From positions 1 to 64,000 of the forward strand of contig JASFYY010000055.1 of the NCBI GenBank assembly GCA_045046875.1: a stretch of DNA of 64,000 bases. Reading direction: 5' to 3'. The translations under genes were made by a program, and so were the position numbers. Positions within the stretch are counted from its first letter, which is position 1, and each line of letters opens with the position of its first letter. A model generated the notes under the pieces. That model was not told the origin of the DNA and did no database searches. It saw nothing but the letters and a program-made list of their open reading frames with translations. Source of the stretch: Verrucomicrobiota bacterium (lineage in GTDB: Bacteria; Verrucomicrobiota; Verrucomicrobiia; Verrucomicrobiales; DEV007). Below are positions 38,167-48,444 of the stretch, one piece after another.

Positions 38167-38568
38167 ATGAAGCAGGTTAAATTAGTCTGGTGGTTTGTTT
38201 GGGGGGCTTTGACAATGTCAGCACTTATGTATTTGGTGCTGTTACAAACGGGGGAGAGTGAGGCTGATCCGGATTATTCAGACTCAGGTTTGCGTTCCAT
38301 TCTGATGATGGTTTCACTGGTGAGTGTGATGATCAGTTTTGCGGTTCATTTTTTTATCACCAAGCGTATGGTCGCTAAGCGGGAGGGAGTTGCGGTGATG
38401 AAAGCTTTGACTCCTTTTATTGTCTCACTGGCACTTGCGGAGTCGGTAGCCATTTATGGATTGTTGCTGGGAATGCAGGGAGAGGATTTCACTAACTACA
38501 TCCCTTTTTTCGTGATCTCGTTTTTCACTTTGCTGTTGATCGCGCCTGTTTATTTATTGCGTAAATAA
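38167..38568 (+). CDS. Hypothetical four-TM membrane protein
   Basis: Hydrophobic segments; ALAESVAIYG. Confidence 0.7.
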   Translation: MKQVKLVWWFVWGALTMSALMYLVLLQTGESEADPDYSDSGLRSILMMVSLVSVMISFAVHFFITKRMVAKREGVAVMKALTPFIVSLALAESVAIYGLLLGMQGEDFTNYIPFFVISFFTLLLIAPVYLLRK

Positions 38569-38652
38569 ATGCTGGGAGAGGAGGCTTGCGAAGGGCATTG
38601 TCCTGGCTCGCAGAGGGCGTTGTAGTTATGTGAACTCTTGTGAAAATTCAGC

Positions 38653-39312
38653 TTGAGTTTATTATTTAATCGTATATGCCTATGCATGAATTCTCCCGAT
38701 TTAAGAAACAGCTTTTTTTTCGATTTGGCACTATCCGATGTTTATGGCAGCGGGTGCTCGGCTTTGCGTTTGATCTATCATGGCTCTGAGCAGGGAGCGT
38801 TTGCTAAAAAATCTGACAAAGCCAAACAGCCCATAGCTTTAGAGGATGTGAAGGCGTTCCAAATAGGCCTGAACCATCGCACGGTGAGTCCTTTGTCGGA
38901 TGATTATGATTACAATTTGGTTTATTACCGCAAGGAGTTCGCCGAAGCTTTTTGGGATGGAAAGATTCGTAAAGGGTGTCCAACTCTGAGAAAAATAACT
39001 CGGCGGGTTAAATTTTCGCAAAAACAAAGTTTGAAACCCAAGCGCTTGAAATTGTTTTATATCAAATCCAACCGTCCTGTGCATGTGGCGCGCTACAGTG
39101 ATAAAGTGCCTACGGATAATTACGTGCCGGCACCCTACCTCGCTGAATTTGGCAGAAGTTTTGGAGGTTTTCTGATGCGTTGTCCAAAGGGCTATGCCTT
39201 GGTATCGAATTTATTTGCAGCCCAGGGATTGGCAGTGAGTGATCAACGGCAATTGTCCGAGGGGGCGGATGGCAGGCCGCGGGTGCGAGCTTATGCTGCG
39301 CACGTTGCTTAA
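38653..39312 (+). CDS. Hypothetical protein (uncertain, possibly degenerate)
   Basis: Only long ORF in the interval; no recognisable motif; start unclear. Confidence 0.35.
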   Translation: MSLLFNRICLCMNSPDLRNSFFFDLALSDVYGSGCSALRLIYHGSEQGAFAKKSDKAKQPIALEDVKAFQIGLNHRTVSPLSDDYDYNLVYYRKEFAEAFWDGKIRKGCPTLRKITRRVKFSQKQSLKPKRLKLFYIKSNRPVHVARYSDKVPTDNYVPAPYLAEFGRSFGGFLMRCPKGYALVSNLFAAQGLAVSDQRQLSEGADGRPRVRAYAAHVA

Positions 39313-39372
39313 AGGAAATGCGTCTGTTACCTAATGGGGAAAGTTGGGGCCAGGCTTGGGTTGTCAGGTGGC

Positions 39373-40698
39373 TCAAAGCGCTTCGATTTTGTCACCGAGG
39401 AATTGGATGCCTCCGACGCGTAAGCGGGTGCCTTGGTATTTCTCCCCTTGCAGTTCCTTTTCTGGATTCTTGAGGCGGTGGGAAACGGCTTTGCGGTCGG
39501 GCTGCTCTGGGTGCACTTCGACTTTAATGGTATGGAATTTTTTCGGATCCAGACCGCTGGTTATTTTGAGCGTGGCGATGCGGTGATAGGTGCAGTAGGA
39601 ATCAAAACGTGGAATGAGTTTGTCTTGTCGCACTCCATCGATGGTGATGATGACTTGTCCGCCATCGGGGCCGAGCAGGTCGTAGAGCTTCACTGCTGAG
39701 CCACGGAAACGGAAGTTCAAACTTTGACCGGGTGTGTCGGCTTGCCAAAGTTGTCCGAGACGTTTGCTGAATTTTTTCATGAGACTGTTTTCGGCAGGCA
39801 GTTTTTTCCAGTCACCTTGTAACATCGCGGGATCAATCACGACCATTTGAGCAGCTTGCCAGTGACCGGGGACAAAGCTGGTGGCCAGTTTTTTGGAGTG
39901 ATCGATGGCGGTAATTTTGTCCTGGTTCCAATCTTCCAAGGCTTTACTGATCACTTCGGTGTAGATGCGGTGGCCGGCTTCGACCGGGTGCACACCGTCT
40001 TTGCTGAAAACGATTTGTCCTTTTGCTTTAGCCGCTTCAGCTTCGGCTGAGTCAGGCTCCGCTTTGTAGATCAGTTTGCCTTCGTCCGCTATTTGCACGG
40101 TGCGCAGAGCCATATTGATGGAGGGGATACGATAATGTTCGGCGAGTTTTTCGTTGGCGGAGGCGGCGCGGGGCAGCAGTCCTTGGGAGAGTTCTTTTTC
40201 GTATCCGACACGGAAGGTGTAAACAAAACAGATGTCGCAATTGGGAAAGCGGGCCCAGGTTTGGCGTACGATGCCTTCCATCGCTTTCCAGATTTGCCGG
40301 GGATCCGCGCCGCCGTCATTGACGGCGAATTCAACAAACATCAGATCGGGTTGGTATTGTAAAACATCGTGGCCGAGGCGGTAAACGCCGAGGTCGGAGC
40401 CGGTTCCGCCGATGGCGGCATTGATTTCGATGAACTCGGTTTGCGGAAACTGTTTGCCCAGCCATTCACGGGTGAAGATACGCCACCCTTGGGCGGCGGT
40501 GATCGAGCCGCCGAGGTAAGCGACATTCACTTTGCCTTCTTTTTTTGCCTTGGCAAAAAAGTTAGGCAAACCGTCACGCTGGATTTGTAGGTGGGCTTTT
40601 GTCGGCGGTAGCTCAGTGGCGGGTTCCGCAGTTTGACCAGAGCTTTGAATGAAGGCAAAGAGTGCGAGCAAGAGAAAAGGTCGAGCAAGGGAAATCAT
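39373..40698 (-). CDS. Secreted SGNH/GDSL hydrolase
   Basis: Signal peptide; LGGSIT, AIGGTGS, EFAVND, DGVHP. Confidence 0.9.
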   Translation of the reverse strand: MISLARPFLLLALFAFIQSSGQTAEPATELPPTKAHLQIQRDGLPNFFAKAKKEGKVNVAYLGGSITAAQGWRIFTREWLGKQFPQTEFIEINAAIGGTGSDLGVYRLGHDVLQYQPDLMFVEFAVNDGGADPRQIWKAMEGIVRQTWARFPNCDICFVYTFRVGYEKELSQGLLPRAASANEKLAEHYRIPSINMALRTVQIADEGKLIYKAEPDSAEAEAAKAKGQIVFSKDGVHPVEAGHRIYTEVISKALEDWNQDKITAIDHSKKLATSFVPGHWQAAQMVVIDPAMLQGDWKKLPAENSLMKKFSKRLGQLWQADTPGQSLNFRFRGSAVKLYDLLGPDGGQVIITIDGVRQDKLIPRFDSYCTYHRIATLKITSGLDPKKFHTIKVEVHPEQPDRKAVSHRLKNPEKELQGEKYQGTRLRVGGIQFLGDKIEAL

Positions 40699-40760
40699 GA
40701 TCAGTGAAAGGTGGAGGCTTGTTGAGTTAGAGGGGGATTTGAGCTGAAAATCTGCTCTGT

Positions 40761-42053
40761 TCAGACACCTAGGCTGGTGGATTCTGATTTTTTAAGCATA
40801 GATGGCACCAGTCCCAGGGTGGCGACCAGGATGAGGGTCATCAGGCTGAAGCAGAGTAAGACGCCGTCGAAGGAGCTTAATTGTTGGGCAGCGCTGAGCC
40901 CCCAGCGACTTTTCAGAATGCCGATTTTCAAGAACCAGGCGGGCAGCAAACCAGACAGGGCGGTGCCTGCCATTTGGTAAATGATGAACATGGAGGAGGC
41001 GACGGATTTGTTCTTATTTGGCAGGATGCCTAAGAGTTCGGTGGTCATGGCGATGCCGACGGCACCGAGGGCTGCTCCGAGCATGAAATGAAGGATGCCT
41101 AGATAAAAAGGCACAAAGGAGAGTGGAACAAATACCCTGAGAAGGAAGGCGACCATGGTTTGTGCCAGCATGATGTGACAGCCGGCAAAAACCGAACGCG
41201 TTCCATGGCGGTCGATGATGCGGCCACCCATGAACATGCCGAACATGCTACCGACCAGCGTGATGTTGGATAATAGAATAATGCGGGAATCTGAAAAGGC
41301 GAGCACTCGGTTTTCGACCAGAGCAAAGAGGGTGGCGGCTCCGGCGGTGAACAGGCTGAGGAGGAACATGTAGGAGCAAAAGGCGGCGAAATTTTTGGTG
41401 CGGAATACTTTGGCAAAAATTTGGGAGAAGGTTTGATCTCCGACTTTTGCCACTGGGGGTTCTAGCTCGGGGATGCGGCGATAGGTGAACCAGCGGGCGA
41501 TATAAGCGAGTGTGGCGATGGCGTAGATGCCTTGATACATGGCGATACTATTATGGAGGGACAGTAGCCAGGCAAAAATCACCGAGAGGCTGAGCGAGAC
41601 GATGCCGACGGTAAGCCGTAGTTGGCCAAAAAAACGTCCACGGCTTTCCGCGGGTACGATCGGACTTAGCAGGGAGAACCAGCCAGAGCTAAACATGGCA
41701 ATGCTGCAGGAGGCAAAAATAATGCCGATGACAACAATCGTTTCGGAGGATTCCTGGCTGAAGGCGGCGAGCGCGACGATGCCCCAACCGATGATGCCTA
41801 CGGTGATGCCTGCCTGGCCGATGAGCTTTTTACCATAACGATCTGCCAGATAGGCGGCGGGTAGCAGCAATAGGGCGTTGAGTAGGGATGGCAGCGCCAA
41901 ATAGATCATGGTGCGCACGGCAGAGGCGCCGATCGAGGTCAAGTAGAGCAAAAGGGTGCCGTTGATAGTGGTGCCCAGTGCGATGATCTCAAGACATTGT
42001 GTCAGGAGGATGTTGCGCATCGCGGCTTTTTCTTCTGCTGGATTTAAAGTCAT
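40761..42053 (-). CDS. MFS transporter (tandem paralog 2)
   Basis: About 12 TM; LADRYGKK, SRGRFFG, GRIIDRHGTR. Confidence 0.88.
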   Translation of the reverse strand: MTLNPAEEKAAMRNILLTQCLEIIALGTTINGTLLLYLTSIGASAVRTMIYLALPSLLNALLLLPAAYLADRYGKKLIGQAGITVGIIGWGIVALAAFSQESSETIVVIGIIFASCSIAMFSSGWFSLLSPIVPAESRGRFFGQLRLTVGIVSLSLSVIFAWLLSLHNSIAMYQGIYAIATLAYIARWFTYRRIPELEPPVAKVGDQTFSQIFAKVFRTKNFAAFCSYMFLLSLFTAGAATLFALVENRVLAFSDSRIILLSNITLVGSMFGMFMGGRIIDRHGTRSVFAGCHIMLAQTMVAFLLRVFVPLSFVPFYLGILHFMLGAALGAVGIAMTTELLGILPNKNKSVASSMFIIYQMAGTALSGLLPAWFLKIGILKSRWGLSAAQQLSSFDGVLLCFSLMTLILVATLGLVPSMLKKSESTSLGV

Positions 42054-42144
42054 TGGCGGAGCTGATCCGGCGGAAGAATAGGTATGGATCGAGAGTATTC
42101 TAGCGGGATGAATATTGAATGACAAGGACAAGATGCAAAAGATC

Positions 42145-43443
42145 TCACAGGCGGTTTAATCCCAGGCTGGCAGCTTCTGATTTTCGTAACATGGAGGGGA
42201 CCAAGCCCAAAGTTGCTACGAGGATGAGGGTCATCAGGCTGTAACCCGCGAGGATCGCGTCGAAGGAGCTGAGTTGGTGACTGCCGATTTGCCAAAAGTC
42301 GCGCAGGATTCGGGCTTTTAGAATCCATGCGGGGATCAAGCCGGAGAGAGCTACTCCCGAGGTTTGAAAAATAATAAATATGGATGCCGCAACGGATTTA
42401 TTCTTCTGCGGCAGGATGCCGAGTAGTTCGGTGGTCATGGCGATGCCGATGGCACCCATGGCGGATCCAAAGAGGAAGTGCAGGCTGCCGAGATAGATAG
42501 GCTGTGAGTTTGGGGAAACTAGAACCCGGAGTAAAAACGCCATCAGGGTGAAAGCGAGCATGATGTGGCAAGCGGCAAATACCAGGCGGGTGCCGTGGCG
42601 ATCGACGATGCGGCCACCGATGAACATGCCTAACATGCTGCCGACCAGAGTGGCATTGGAGAGCAGGATGACCTGGGTGGCGGAAAAATCGAGCACTCGT
42701 TTTTCGATCAGGGCAAAAAGGGCGCTGGCGCCGGCGGTGAATAACCCGAGTAGGAACATGTAGGAGCAAAAGCCGGCAAAATTTTTCACCCGGAACACTT
42801 TGGAAAGAATTTTGAGGAAAGAGCTGTTGCTGTTTTTTGCGGTGGGGGGTTCGAGTTCGGGGATGCGGCGGTAGGTGAACCAGCGGATGATGAAAGCGAG
42901 CGTGGCCATGGCGAAGATCCCTTGATAGACAATGATTTCCGAGTGCATCGATAGGATCCAAGCGTAGGTGATGGAGAGGACAAGGGATACTGTGCTGAAG
43001 CTCAGGCGCAGACGGCTGAAAAAACGGCCGCGGGATTGCTCCGGAATGATGGGGCTGAGCAGGGAGAACCATCCGGCGCCCATTAAGGATGAGCAGATAG
43101 CAGCCAGGATCAGGCCGAGCACGACCAGTGATTGGGAGGCGTTGCCAGCGAAAGAACCGAGCGAGATGGTGCCCCAGCCAAAAATGCCGATGGTGAGTCC
43201 GATTTGTCCGATGCGTTTTTTGCCGTAACGATCCGCTAGGAAAGCGGCAGGCAGCAGCAGGGTGGCGTTGCTGAGCGGCAGGATGGCCAGATAAATCATG
43301 GTTCTGGCAGCGCTGGAGCCGATGGCGGTGAGGTAGAGCAAAAGGGTGCCGTTGACGATGGTGCCGAGGGCGACGATGGCCAGGCATTGCGTCAGGATGA
43401 TGTTGCGCAGGGCGGACTTTTCTTCGGCGGGACTCAGGGTCAT
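42145..43443 (-). CDS. MFS transporter (tandem paralog 1)
   Basis: About 12 TM; LADRYGKK, SRGRFFS, GRIVDRHGTR; colinear with the neighbouring paralog. Confidence 0.88.
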   Translation of the reverse strand: MTLSPAEEKSALRNIILTQCLAIVALGTIVNGTLLLYLTAIGSSAARTMIYLAILPLSNATLLLPAAFLADRYGKKRIGQIGLTIGIFGWGTISLGSFAGNASQSLVVLGLILAAICSSLMGAGWFSLLSPIIPEQSRGRFFSRLRLSFSTVSLVLSITYAWILSMHSEIIVYQGIFAMATLAFIIRWFTYRRIPELEPPTAKNSNSSFLKILSKVFRVKNFAGFCSYMFLLGLFTAGASALFALIEKRVLDFSATQVILLSNATLVGSMLGMFIGGRIVDRHGTRLVFAACHIMLAFTLMAFLLRVLVSPNSQPIYLGSLHFLFGSAMGAIGIAMTTELLGILPQKNKSVAASIFIIFQTSGVALSGLIPAWILKARILRDFWQIGSHQLSSFDAILAGYSLMTLILVATLGLVPSMLRKSEAASLGLNRL

Positions 43444-43666
43444 GGTTTGCTTGAGGCTATCCAAAAACTGCGTTTGAGATGACGGGGAAAGGCGGGAAGA
43501 GAGGGCGGCGGTAAAAAAATGTTATTAATGAATGTAAGTACTTGGGTTTTGCCCGCGTCCGTGTTGTAGTTGTCAGATTAGGTGAGAGCGGCCCAAGTTG
43601 CTCTGCGCTGCTGAGACTGACAAGGTCTGAACCATAAACTGAAATAAGTAAATAACTCGAAAAAAT

Positions 43667-44101
43667 ATGAACGAAAAACAAGAATCATCGATTCAAGATC
43701 AATCACGCCGTAACTTTTTTAACAAGTTGGCGGTTGCCGCCGGAGGCGGAGTCCTTTTGGGCGCTGCGGGAATGGCTCGCGCTGCTGATGATGAAAAGAG
43801 CCCGCTGTTAAGCGACCCACACACCTGTAAGGGCTTGAATACCTGCAAAGGCAAGGGCGCTGGTGGAAAAAATGACTGTGCCGGACAAGGGGCTTGTGCC
43901 ACGGCTGAAAAACACAGCTGCCACGGGCACAATGCGTGTAAAGGGCAGGGTGGATGTGGATCTTCTGCTGGCGAAAATTCCTGTAAGGGGAAAGGCGAAT
44001 GTTCGGTCCCTCTGAGCAAGAAGACCTGGAAAAAAGCACGCCGGGCTTTTGAAAAAGAAGCTAAAAAAGCGGGTATCAAAGTTGGGCCTGCGCCTAAATA
44101 A
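43667..44101 (+). CDS. Tat-exported Cys-rich RiPP precursor (bufferin BufA2-like repeats)
   Basis: SRRNFF Tat motif, ARA cleavage site, nine Cys in CxGxNxCxGxGxC-type repeats; first gene before DUF692. Confidence 0.8.
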   Translation: MNEKQESSIQDQSRRNFFNKLAVAAGGGVLLGAAGMARAADDEKSPLLSDPHTCKGLNTCKGKGAGGKNDCAGQGACATAEKHSCHGHNACKGQGGCGSSAGENSCKGKGECSVPLSKKTWKKARRAFEKEAKKAGIKVGPAPK

Positions 44102-44118
44102 GCAGAGCGTTTAATTTT

Positions 44119-44160
44119 TCCGTTGTTGGATGTTCACCATCCAACAACGGATTTTTTTTT
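44119..44160 (+). terminator. Intra-cluster terminator-like hairpin after the precursor gene
   Basis: tccgttgttggatg-ttcac-catccaacaacgga perfect 14-bp stem followed by nine T. Confidence 0.85.
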
Positions 44161-44175
44161 CGACCAGAGCGAGCG

Positions 44176-45111
44176 ATGAAAGTTCCCAAACGATTAGGTC
44201 ATCCGAATCTCGGACTCGGACTGGGGCTACGCACACCGCATTTTGAGTATATTCTCGAACACCGGCCGCCGGTGGATTGGTTTGAGATTATTTCAGAAAA
44301 TTTCATGGACAGCCAGGGGCGCCCGCGCCATGTGCTCGATCAGATTGCGGAACATTATCCACTGGTGATGCACGGGGTGTCATTATCGATTGGCAGCACC
44401 GATGTTTTAAATTTTGAGTATTTAAAAAAACTCAAAACCCTGGCCGAAGAGATCGATGCCAAATGGGTGTCTGATCATTTGTGTTGGACGGGAGTGGCGG
44501 GAAAAAACTCACACGACCTGCTGCCGATCCCTTTGACGGAGGAGTCCTTGGCTCACGTCATTGCGCGTATCGATGTGGTGCAGGACGTGATGGAACGGGC
44601 TTTTGTGTTTGAGAATCCGAGCAGCTATGTCGGTTTCACTGGCTCGACGATGAGTGAATGGGAGTTCCTGTCACGCATGACGGAGGCGACTGGCTGTGGA
44701 TTGTTGTTGGATGTGAACAACGTTTATGTGTCGGCACGTAATCATGATTTTGATCCCGAGGAATATATCCGTGCCATTCCCCATGATCGGGTGGTGCAAT
44801 TTCATTTGGCCGGGCATACCGATTGCACCACGCATTTGATTGATACCCATGACCACCCGGTGATCGCCGAGGTGTGGGCTTTGTATCGTCTGGCTCATGA
44901 GCTGACTGGTGGGGTTTCGACTTTGTTAGAATGGGATGCGAATATCCCTCCGTTCGAAGAATTGCACGCCGAGGTATTAAAAGCTAAAAAATATCTACAA
45001 GGCGAGGGAGTGCAAGGGCCGGTGGTGGAGGAAGCATGTGAGTGCGCGCCGGTGGAAGCAGGTTGTGTGTCGCCACATCCTTTGCACCATTCTGTAGTGG
45101 AGGTCGAATGA
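44176..45111 (+). CDS. Multinuclear non-heme iron oxidase (MNIO, DUF692)
   Basis: [58 protein letters not shown]. Confidence 0.95.
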   Translation: MKVPKRLGHPNLGLGLGLRTPHFEYILEHRPPVDWFEIISENFMDSQGRPRHVLDQIAEHYPLVMHGVSLSIGSTDVLNFEYLKKLKTLAEEIDAKWVSDHLCWTGVAGKNSHDLLPIPLTEESLAHVIARIDVVQDVMERAFVFENPSSYVGFTGSTMSEWEFLSRMTEATGCGLLLDVNNVYVSARNHDFDPEEYIRAIPHDRVVQFHLAGHTDCTTHLIDTHDHPVIAEVWALYRLAHELTGGVSTLLEWDANIPPFEELHAEVLKAKKYLQGEGVQGPVVEEACECAPVEAGCVSPHPLHHSVVEVE

Positions 45112-46025
45112 AGAGTGAGCCAATAGAAACAGCACCGGAACTGGACCGGGTGCAGCGGTGGATGCAGGCGGTGATCACTCACCCGGACGGGGTGTTGAGT
45201 GGAGCTGACGGAGAGGCTGCGCGTGAGTTGATCGATGCGGGACGCGGGAATTTGGAATCGGTGGTGACCCGTTCGCGGGCATTGGGAGCGGCGGACCGCC
45301 TGGCGATTTATGCCAATGCGTATTATGCGAGATTGATCGAATGCGTTGGTGATGTTTTCCCCGTTTTGAAGCGGGTGCTGGGAGACGAGGTGTTCGACAG
45401 TTTTGCTTTTGATTATTTGCAGGCCTACCCATCAAAGAGATACACTTTAAATTATCTGGGTGATAGTTTTGTCGATTTCCTGCGCGAGACACGACCTGAC
45501 CCCGAGGAGGAAAAAGACGAGGCCGACTGGGCGGATTTATTGATCAATCTGGCAATTTTGGAGTGGAGTATTTACGAAGTGTTCGACGGACCGGGTAATG
45601 AAAAGACGGCGATGCTGGAAGAGCAGGATGTGGTCGGGGTGGAGGCGTCAGCCTGGGTGCAGATCCGTTTGCAGACGCCGCCTTGTTTGAAATTGTTGGA
45701 ATTGGCTTATCCGGTGAACCCGTTTTATACCACGGTGCGCGCTTCGCAAGATGAGTTGGAAGTGGACTATCCGGATACGGTGACCTCCTACGTGGCGATT
45801 TCCCGGCGGGATTACATTGTCAGGCGCTATGACTTGAGCCGTCCGCAGTATGAACTGCTGAAAGTGCTGCAAGCGGGCGGCACGATGGGCGAAGCCCTGG
45901 AGGCTTGCATGGATGTCGTGCCGGATGGTGAATTGGATCAGTTGCTGGTTGATGTGCAGCAGTGGTTCAGCAACTGGACGGCGGAGAGGTGTTTTTTCCA
46001 GGCCGTGGGCACAAAAAAACCCTGA
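45108..46025 (+). CDS. DUF2063-family MNIO partner protein
   Basis: [25 protein letters not shown]...L...[17 protein letters not shown] overlap with DUF692. Confidence 0.85.
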   Translation: MKSEPIETAPELDRVQRWMQAVITHPDGVLSGADGEAARELIDAGRGNLESVVTRSRALGAADRLAIYANAYYARLIECVGDVFPVLKRVLGDEVFDSFAFDYLQAYPSKRYTLNYLGDSFVDFLRETRPDPEEEKDEADWADLLINLAILEWSIYEVFDGPGNEKTAMLEEQDVVGVEASAWVQIRLQTPPCLKLLELAYPVNPFYTTVRASQDELEVDYPDTVTSYVAISRRDYIVRRYDLSRPQYELLKVLQAGGTMGEALEACMDVVPDGELDQLLVDVQQWFSNWTAERCFFQAVGTKKP

Positions 46026-46048
46026 CCTCATGATGAGATCAGGGTTTT
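46013..46048. terminator. Bidirectional terminator between DUF2063 and fusA
   Basis: aaaaccctga...tcagggtttt stem flanked by A and T tracts. Confidence 0.7.
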
Positions 46049-46069
46049 AGATTTTTTAAGCTCGCTCGC

Positions 46070-48157
46070 TTATTTGCCGGCAGCTTTTTCGGCTGCAGCG
46101 GCTGCGATGATGTCTTCCGATACATTGCGTGGGCATGGCGAGTAGCGCTCGAACTCCATCGAGAACTGGCCACGGCCGGAGGTCATGGTGCGCAGGTCAC
46201 CGATGTATCCGAACATGTCGCTCAGCGGAGCGTCGGCTTTCACCCGGATGCCGGTTGGCGTTTTCTCCTGCGACTTGATCATGCCACGACGACGGTTGAG
46301 GTCACCGATCACATCACCAACGTTATCTTCTGGAGTGAAGACGTCGAGTTTCATGATGGGTTCGAGCAACTGCGCACCGGCTTTTGGCAAGCTTTGGCGG
46401 TAGGCTGATTTAGCTGCGATTTCGAAGGCCACTGCTGAGGAGTCCACTGCGTGGAAACCACCGTCAAGTAAGGTGACTTTGAAGTCCTGACAAGGGTAAC
46501 CAGCAAGCACACCTTTTTCACAAGAGAGCCTGAAGCCTTTTTCAATCGCGGACCAGAATTCTTTTGGAACTTTACCGCCGACCACTTTAGATTCGAATTC
46601 GAAGCCTGAGCCTGATTCGAGAGGTTCGATGATGTAGTCGATTTTGGCGTATTGACCAGAACCACCCGATTGTTTTTTGTGAACGTAAGTATCTTCGATC
46701 GTCTGAGTGACGGTTTCGCGGTAGGCCACCTGTGGTTTGCCGACTTCTACTTCGCAGCCATGGGTGCGTTTGAGGATGTCTACTTTAATATCGAGGTGCA
46801 ACTCGCCCATGCCTTTGAGGATGGTTTCGCCACTTTCCTGATCCGTTTCCACGTGGAAGGAGGGATCTTCTTTGACCATTTTGCCAATCGCGACACCGAG
46901 TTTTTCAGAAGCTCCTTTGTCTTTGGGCGAAATAGCAATGGAGATCACCGGATCGGGGAAAACCATAGGTTCCAAGGTCGCTGGGTTTTTCGGATCACAG
47001 AGAGTGTGCCCCGTCTGCACATTTTTCAGACCTACTAGTGCGATGATGTCACCAGCGCTGGCGATATCGACGTCTTCACGGTCATCCGCATGCATTTCTA
47101 CAATACGACCAACACGTTCGGTTTTGCCTGTAAAGGTGTTGAGGATCGTGGTGCCTTTTTGCAAGGTTCCTGAGTAGATACGAGTGAAGGTCAGGGCGCC
47201 GTATTGGTCGTCCATGATCTTGAATGCCAAAGCACGCAGTGGCGCGTCAGCTGTCACAACGGCAAATTTGCCAGTAGCTGTGCCTTCGAGATCCACTTCA
47301 GGCTGTGGTTTGACTTCAGTCGGGCTAGGCAAATAATCGATCACTGCGTTGAGGATCAACTGGATGCCTTTGTTTTTGAAAGCCGAACCGCAATAGGTTG
47401 GGAAAAAGTCAAGGTTGATGGTGCCTTTGCGGATGCATTTTTTGATAGTCTCGATATCGGGTTCTTCACCTTCGAGGTATTTTTCCAAAGCGTCGTCGTC
47501 TTGTTCAACGGCGGTTTCAATCAATAGCTCACGATATTTTTCGACTTTGTCCACCATGTCGGCAGGCACGTCTTCGATTTTGTAGTCGGTGGGGTCATCG
47601 TTGCCTGCCCAGATCCAGGCTTTGCGGGTGAGCAAGTCCACCATGCCGACCATGTCGTCTTCGATACCGATGGGCAGCACCATGACGAGAGGATGGGCTG
47701 CGAGCACGCTTTTGATCTGGTCGATGACGCGATAAAAGTCAGCGCCGATACGATCGAGTTTGTTGACAAAAATGATACGAGCGACTTCCGATTCGTTGGC
47801 GTAACGCCAGTTGGTTTCGGATTGGGGCTCTACTCCGCCGGATCCACAGAAAACGCCGACGCCGCCGTCGAGAACTTTGAGTGAACGATACACTTCGATG
47901 GTGAAGTCAACGTGACCGGGTGTGTCGATGATGTTAAAGCGGTGATCGTCCCAGAAACAAGTGGTGGCGGCTGATTGAATCGTGATGCCACGTTCTTGCT
48001 CCTGATCCATGAAGTCGGTGGTTGCTGCGCCGTCATGCACTTCGCCGATTTTATGGATTTTACCGGTGAGCTTGAGGATACGTTCCGTGGTCGTGGTTTT
48101 GCCCGCATCGACGTGAGCAAAAATGCCGATGTTTCTGTATTTAGATAGATCTTTCAT
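46070..48157 (-). CDS. fusA: Elongation factor G (stand-alone copy)
   Basis: [39 protein letters not shown]; not flanked by rpsL/rpsG/tuf. Confidence 0.95.
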   Translation of the reverse strand: MKDLSKYRNIGIFAHVDAGKTTTTERILKLTGKIHKIGEVHDGAATTDFMDQEQERGITIQSAATTCFWDDHRFNIIDTPGHVDFTIEVYRSLKVLDGGVGVFCGSGGVEPQSETNWRYANESEVARIIFVNKLDRIGADFYRVIDQIKSVLAAHPLVMVLPIGIEDDMVGMVDLLTRKAWIWAGNDDPTDYKIEDVPADMVDKVEKYRELLIETAVEQDDDALEKYLEGEEPDIETIKKCIRKGTINLDFFPTYCGSAFKNKGIQLILNAVIDYLPSPTEVKPQPEVDLEGTATGKFAVVTADAPLRALAFKIMDDQYGALTFTRIYSGTLQKGTTILNTFTGKTERVGRIVEMHADDREDVDIASAGDIIALVGLKNVQTGHTLCDPKNPATLEPMVFPDPVISIAISPKDKGASEKLGVAIGKMVKEDPSFHVETDQESGETILKGMGELHLDIKVDILKRTHGCEVEVGKPQVAYRETVTQTIEDTYVHKKQSGGSGQYAKIDYIIEPLESGSGFEFESKVVGGKVPKEFWSAIEKGFRLSCEKGVLAGYPCQDFKVTLLDGGFHAVDSSAVAFEIAAKSAYRQSLPKAGAQLLEPIMKLDVFTPEDNVGDVIGDLNRRRGMIKSQEKTPTGIRVKADAPLSDMFGYIGDLRTMTSGRGQFSMEFERYSPCPRNVSEDIIAAAAAEKAAGK

Positions 48158-48444
48158 AGTGAATTTTCTTGGTTTCCCGGCGCACCGAGCTTGCGGTTGA
48201 CAGGCAGTTTCTGTTGTGTGGCACTCCGTTTAAGGCGATTTGCCAACATCGCAATTCCTTTTTTCTGAAAGTTTGAAATTTTTAGTCAAAAATAAAGAAA
48301 AATGGCAATTTCCGCCCGATGGGTTTCGTTTTTGCCGCTTTACTCGACAAAATTCGCCGCTGTCAGGTGAAGGCCACGTAAAGTGGCGATTTTGAGGACA
48401 AAGTCAAGTGCTTGAAGCGGATGAAGTTGGGAGAGCTGAATTCT

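Noticed and set aside
42398..43387. 329-aa His/Arg/Pro-rich ORF
   Set aside because: Alternative frame of the MFS gene, produced by GC-rich codon usage.
43820..44005. Repetitive DNA in the precursor gene as a CRISPR or tandem array
   Set aside because: The repeats are at the protein level (Cys motifs); there are no identical DNA repeats with spacers.
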